From Nemertoderma westbladi (taxonomy: Eukaryota > Animalia > Xenacoelomorpha), in contig JAUCBJ010001228.1 in the NCBI GenBank assembly GCA_032718475.1, positions 1 to 33,206 of the forward strand: DNA of 33,206 nt, written 5' to 3'. Shown in pieces: positions 30,342 through 33,206 of the stretch (position 1 is its first letter; every line of letters starts with the position of its first letter). A model generated the notes under the pieces. That model was not told the origin of the DNA. It did not search any database and saw nothing but the letters and a program-made list of their open reading frames with translations. The position numbers were made by a program, and so were the translations under genes.

Positions 30342-33206
30342 TTAAGGAGTCAAAATTGTAGAAAAAATTACCGAAGTTTGCGACGTTTGCGAAATTCGCG
30401 ACGTTTGCGAGATTCGCGAAGAATCCGTCAGTTTCTGTGCCCTAATGGGTTCGTGCCAAAACAATCAAATCTTACACACTTAACACACACGAACTAATTT
30501 AAAGTGGGTATTAGTATGCCTGAATAATTAAATAGAAATTAAGTTAATGAACGCTATTTCAACATGAAATCTACGGAATCAATACACAACACACGCACAC
30601 TACTGAATTTAAAAATTTATATAGATTGCAACTTATAATTGGCTACCTTTTAATGGGTGACTAATTTAATTATTCACCCCAATATATTTGCAGCCTTTTT
30701 AATTTGTGCCTTTAATTGAATCAAACATTAAACTAAAATATATGTTACAATATTGATCTGTCTGCAGCTGGTCAATGAATCCCTCATAAATTTGTTAATT
30801 AGTCGCTGCTCAGTCATTGAACATTTTAACACGTGCTGCTCGAAGACCCCACAACGTGTATTTTCCGTACAGTCTGTAAAGAGTCAAAATATACAAAATT
30901 GAGATTGAAAGAACATATTTTTTATCAAATGCGCTAACAGTTATAAATGATTCTCAACCCCCTTCGAGTGTTTTGATTTGCTTATTTGTTCTATTGATTT
31001 GCTTATTTGTTCTATTGATGTGCTTATTTTCTCTGATTTCGACTGATCATCGTAATTAGTAGGAATTGGTGCATAAATATTTATCGATTTATATTATAGA
31101 CCTGGCCCGTTTATTGTATTTTTTGGTAAGTATTCCGCAAGTATTTGATAACCTTATTTACTGGTGTATAACCGGAGAGTGTAAAGGAGTACTTTATATA
31201 TCGTTATTTATAATTGGTGTATTTGTTGTTTTTGCTTTCATGTATTGGTGAGTTTTGAACATTAACTGATAGCGCCCTGTGTGTTGTTGGACCTTGTAAG
31301 GCGTAGACGTTCGTTTTCTACCGTAAGTCGGGTACAACAATAGGTAAATTCCCGCAGCAATAATTCTATATTGGTCGGGTCAGATAATAGACGGAATCTC
31401 ATATTTACCGTAAAACACTTTACTGCAAGTCTGCCTACTGTGAATTACCAGTAAAAAAAAAAAGTATCTGATTGCTTGGCTTCATAGTGTATTAAGTAAA
31501 TGCTTAATTGTTTTGTAGCCTCATTTTACCCCCTATCTTATTCCTATTTCCATTATTGGAACACATAAAGTTATTTATTTCCTTGTGGGAGGAAATATAG
31601 CTTTATTCCCGACGAATTACCTTTCATACTTGGTTTTCCGGAATTAAAGCGCAGAAGTATGACTGGCCCATCAAAAATATCCAAAACATAGACTTTGTAT
31701 GAATCTTGGGGCACTTTCGTTTCTTCAATCAAGTATCAAACTGTTATTTATCGACTTACCTTACGTACAGACTTATTAGTTCGAATTTCTCAGTCAATCG
31801 GAACCACTTTATGCGGTCTTAGCCCGTCAACAGTTCGTTATACCCCATACTCGGCGAAATATACTAAGAGTCCAAGGTGGTGTATTTTTCGACAATCCCA
31901 GGGACGCATTCTACTAACCCTATCTATTGTTTTTATTTGTGCTATTAACGTTTGTCTCTTGACTGGTTTCGACGTCCTAAACGTTGGAAATGTTCTGCAA
32001 ATCTCTTGGTAAATTCCCACAGTCTTATCGTTCTGTCAATTTTGTTTTTAGGTGTACTACATTAAAGTAAACTCTAAGTTTACCCCACTCCCATGTAACA
32101 TAGGTAGGTACTTTAGGTATAAGTAACGTTTTATATTATTTTCATAAGTTGTTCGCGCTTTTGAAGACCTTTAGCAGTTTAACCTGCCAAAATTTATATG
32201 TCTTTTAGTTAATTAAAACCACTTTAGCATACGACAATAATTTATGCTAATACACAAAACATTAGCCGAAGTCAGCCCATGCGCGATCATTCACCCGATG
32301 GATCTACACCCGGGAGACTGAATTCGGATGCTTAAATTTTATTATTGCAGTGTAAGGTTGCAGTGTATACCTACTGTATTATTCGATAGATCGTTAATAA
32401 TTAATCTCTGACAGATATTATTGGCTTTCGGGAAATATTAACAGTTCCTTTAGGACGTGGCGCTTTATCTATTTAAACAGAGCTAGGACTTATACTAAAC
32501 GCAACGATACTGCTTATGATTGAAGTATAAAGCGTATTCTTTAGGAAATACTTTGTTACCAATCACAATCATACACACTATTCTGCCGACCGTCAGTATA
32601 TTTGATCACACATAAAGAGAGCAGCAATTGACTCACGTAGGGTCTGCTAAATAACATTGAATTCAATACACACCACATTAATATAAATCGCAATTGTTAT
32701 ATATAGCCGGTCTCTCTAACCTGTAGTGTATCAAGAAAATTGGGAATTTGGGTGATTTATCCGTATTATCCAAAGAGCAATATTTCCATCAACAAATAGG
32801 TACAATTAATAACTGACGGTAAAATAACAGTACAAACAATATGATTAATGCAATTAAATTAAGTGAGCATGTTAATCAGTGAGTTATTGAGTGATTTAAG
32901 TCAGATTTGATGAGGTAACAGTTTATACTTTCGATAATTTAAGCAGTTTTACTAGAGTTCTTCCCAAAAGGCCGGTGTTTCTGGCTTAGACAGCAATAAC
33001 AACAAAGTATCAAGTAAAAACAGTAAGACTGAACACTCTCCTTATGATCGGCCGAAAAGCTACACGTCGACAGGAAAAATCGCTCTGATTGGCTCAAGCC
33101 AAATAAAGAACCATGCGTCCAATGGCTGTTTTCATGTCAGCAACCAGCTGTTAGATGTCGTAATATGAATCATCATGGCTAAGCTGTGAAAGGTAGTTGG
33201 TGCATT

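Noticed and set aside
31000-32050. Possible decayed retroelement (Penelope or LINE) coding remnant and short ORFs
   Set aside because: Only vague motif echoes with many stops; no diagnostic RT or endonuclease motif.
32295-32330. Possible upstream 36-nt phase 1-1 exon of the ShKT-protease gene (SEFSLPGVDPS)
   Set aside because: The phase fits, but the splice sites are weak and the peptide is uninformative. It needs RNA-seq, and no signal-peptide exon was identified.

Overview
AT-rich metazoan (invertebrate-type) genomic DNA, not prokaryotic. The right half carries minus-strand exons of a host gene missed by the ORF track: three phase-1 ShKT-domain exons followed by a trypsin-family zymogen activation exon (CG...R|IIGG...SWPWQ). 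Its introns contain MITEs, a LINE fragment and small repeats. I found no catalytic-triad exons, so the left ~21 kb is probably one large intron, or the gene is disrupted. That 21 kb holds three mobile elements. (1) An intron-containing tyrosine-recombinase (Crypton-like) element with a C-terminal Myb/SANT-like exon, a 30-bp minisatellite bracketed by a 236-bp duplication, and a motif-rich right end abutting (CA)34. (2) A ~7 kb co-oriented virus-like cassette: PC4-like gene, Polinton/Maverick-type protein-primed DNA polymerase B (one frameshift, one nonsense codon), an overlapping divergent TATA-binding-protein-like gene, and an orphan ORF. No capsid, ATPase or integrase gene was recognised, and a ~300-nt foldback lies upstream. 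(3) A defective BEL/Pao LTR retroelement with gag and protease only. The pPolB + TBP-like + PC4-like cassette is the most unusual feature. All protein assignments come from motif recognition by eye; no database search was run.
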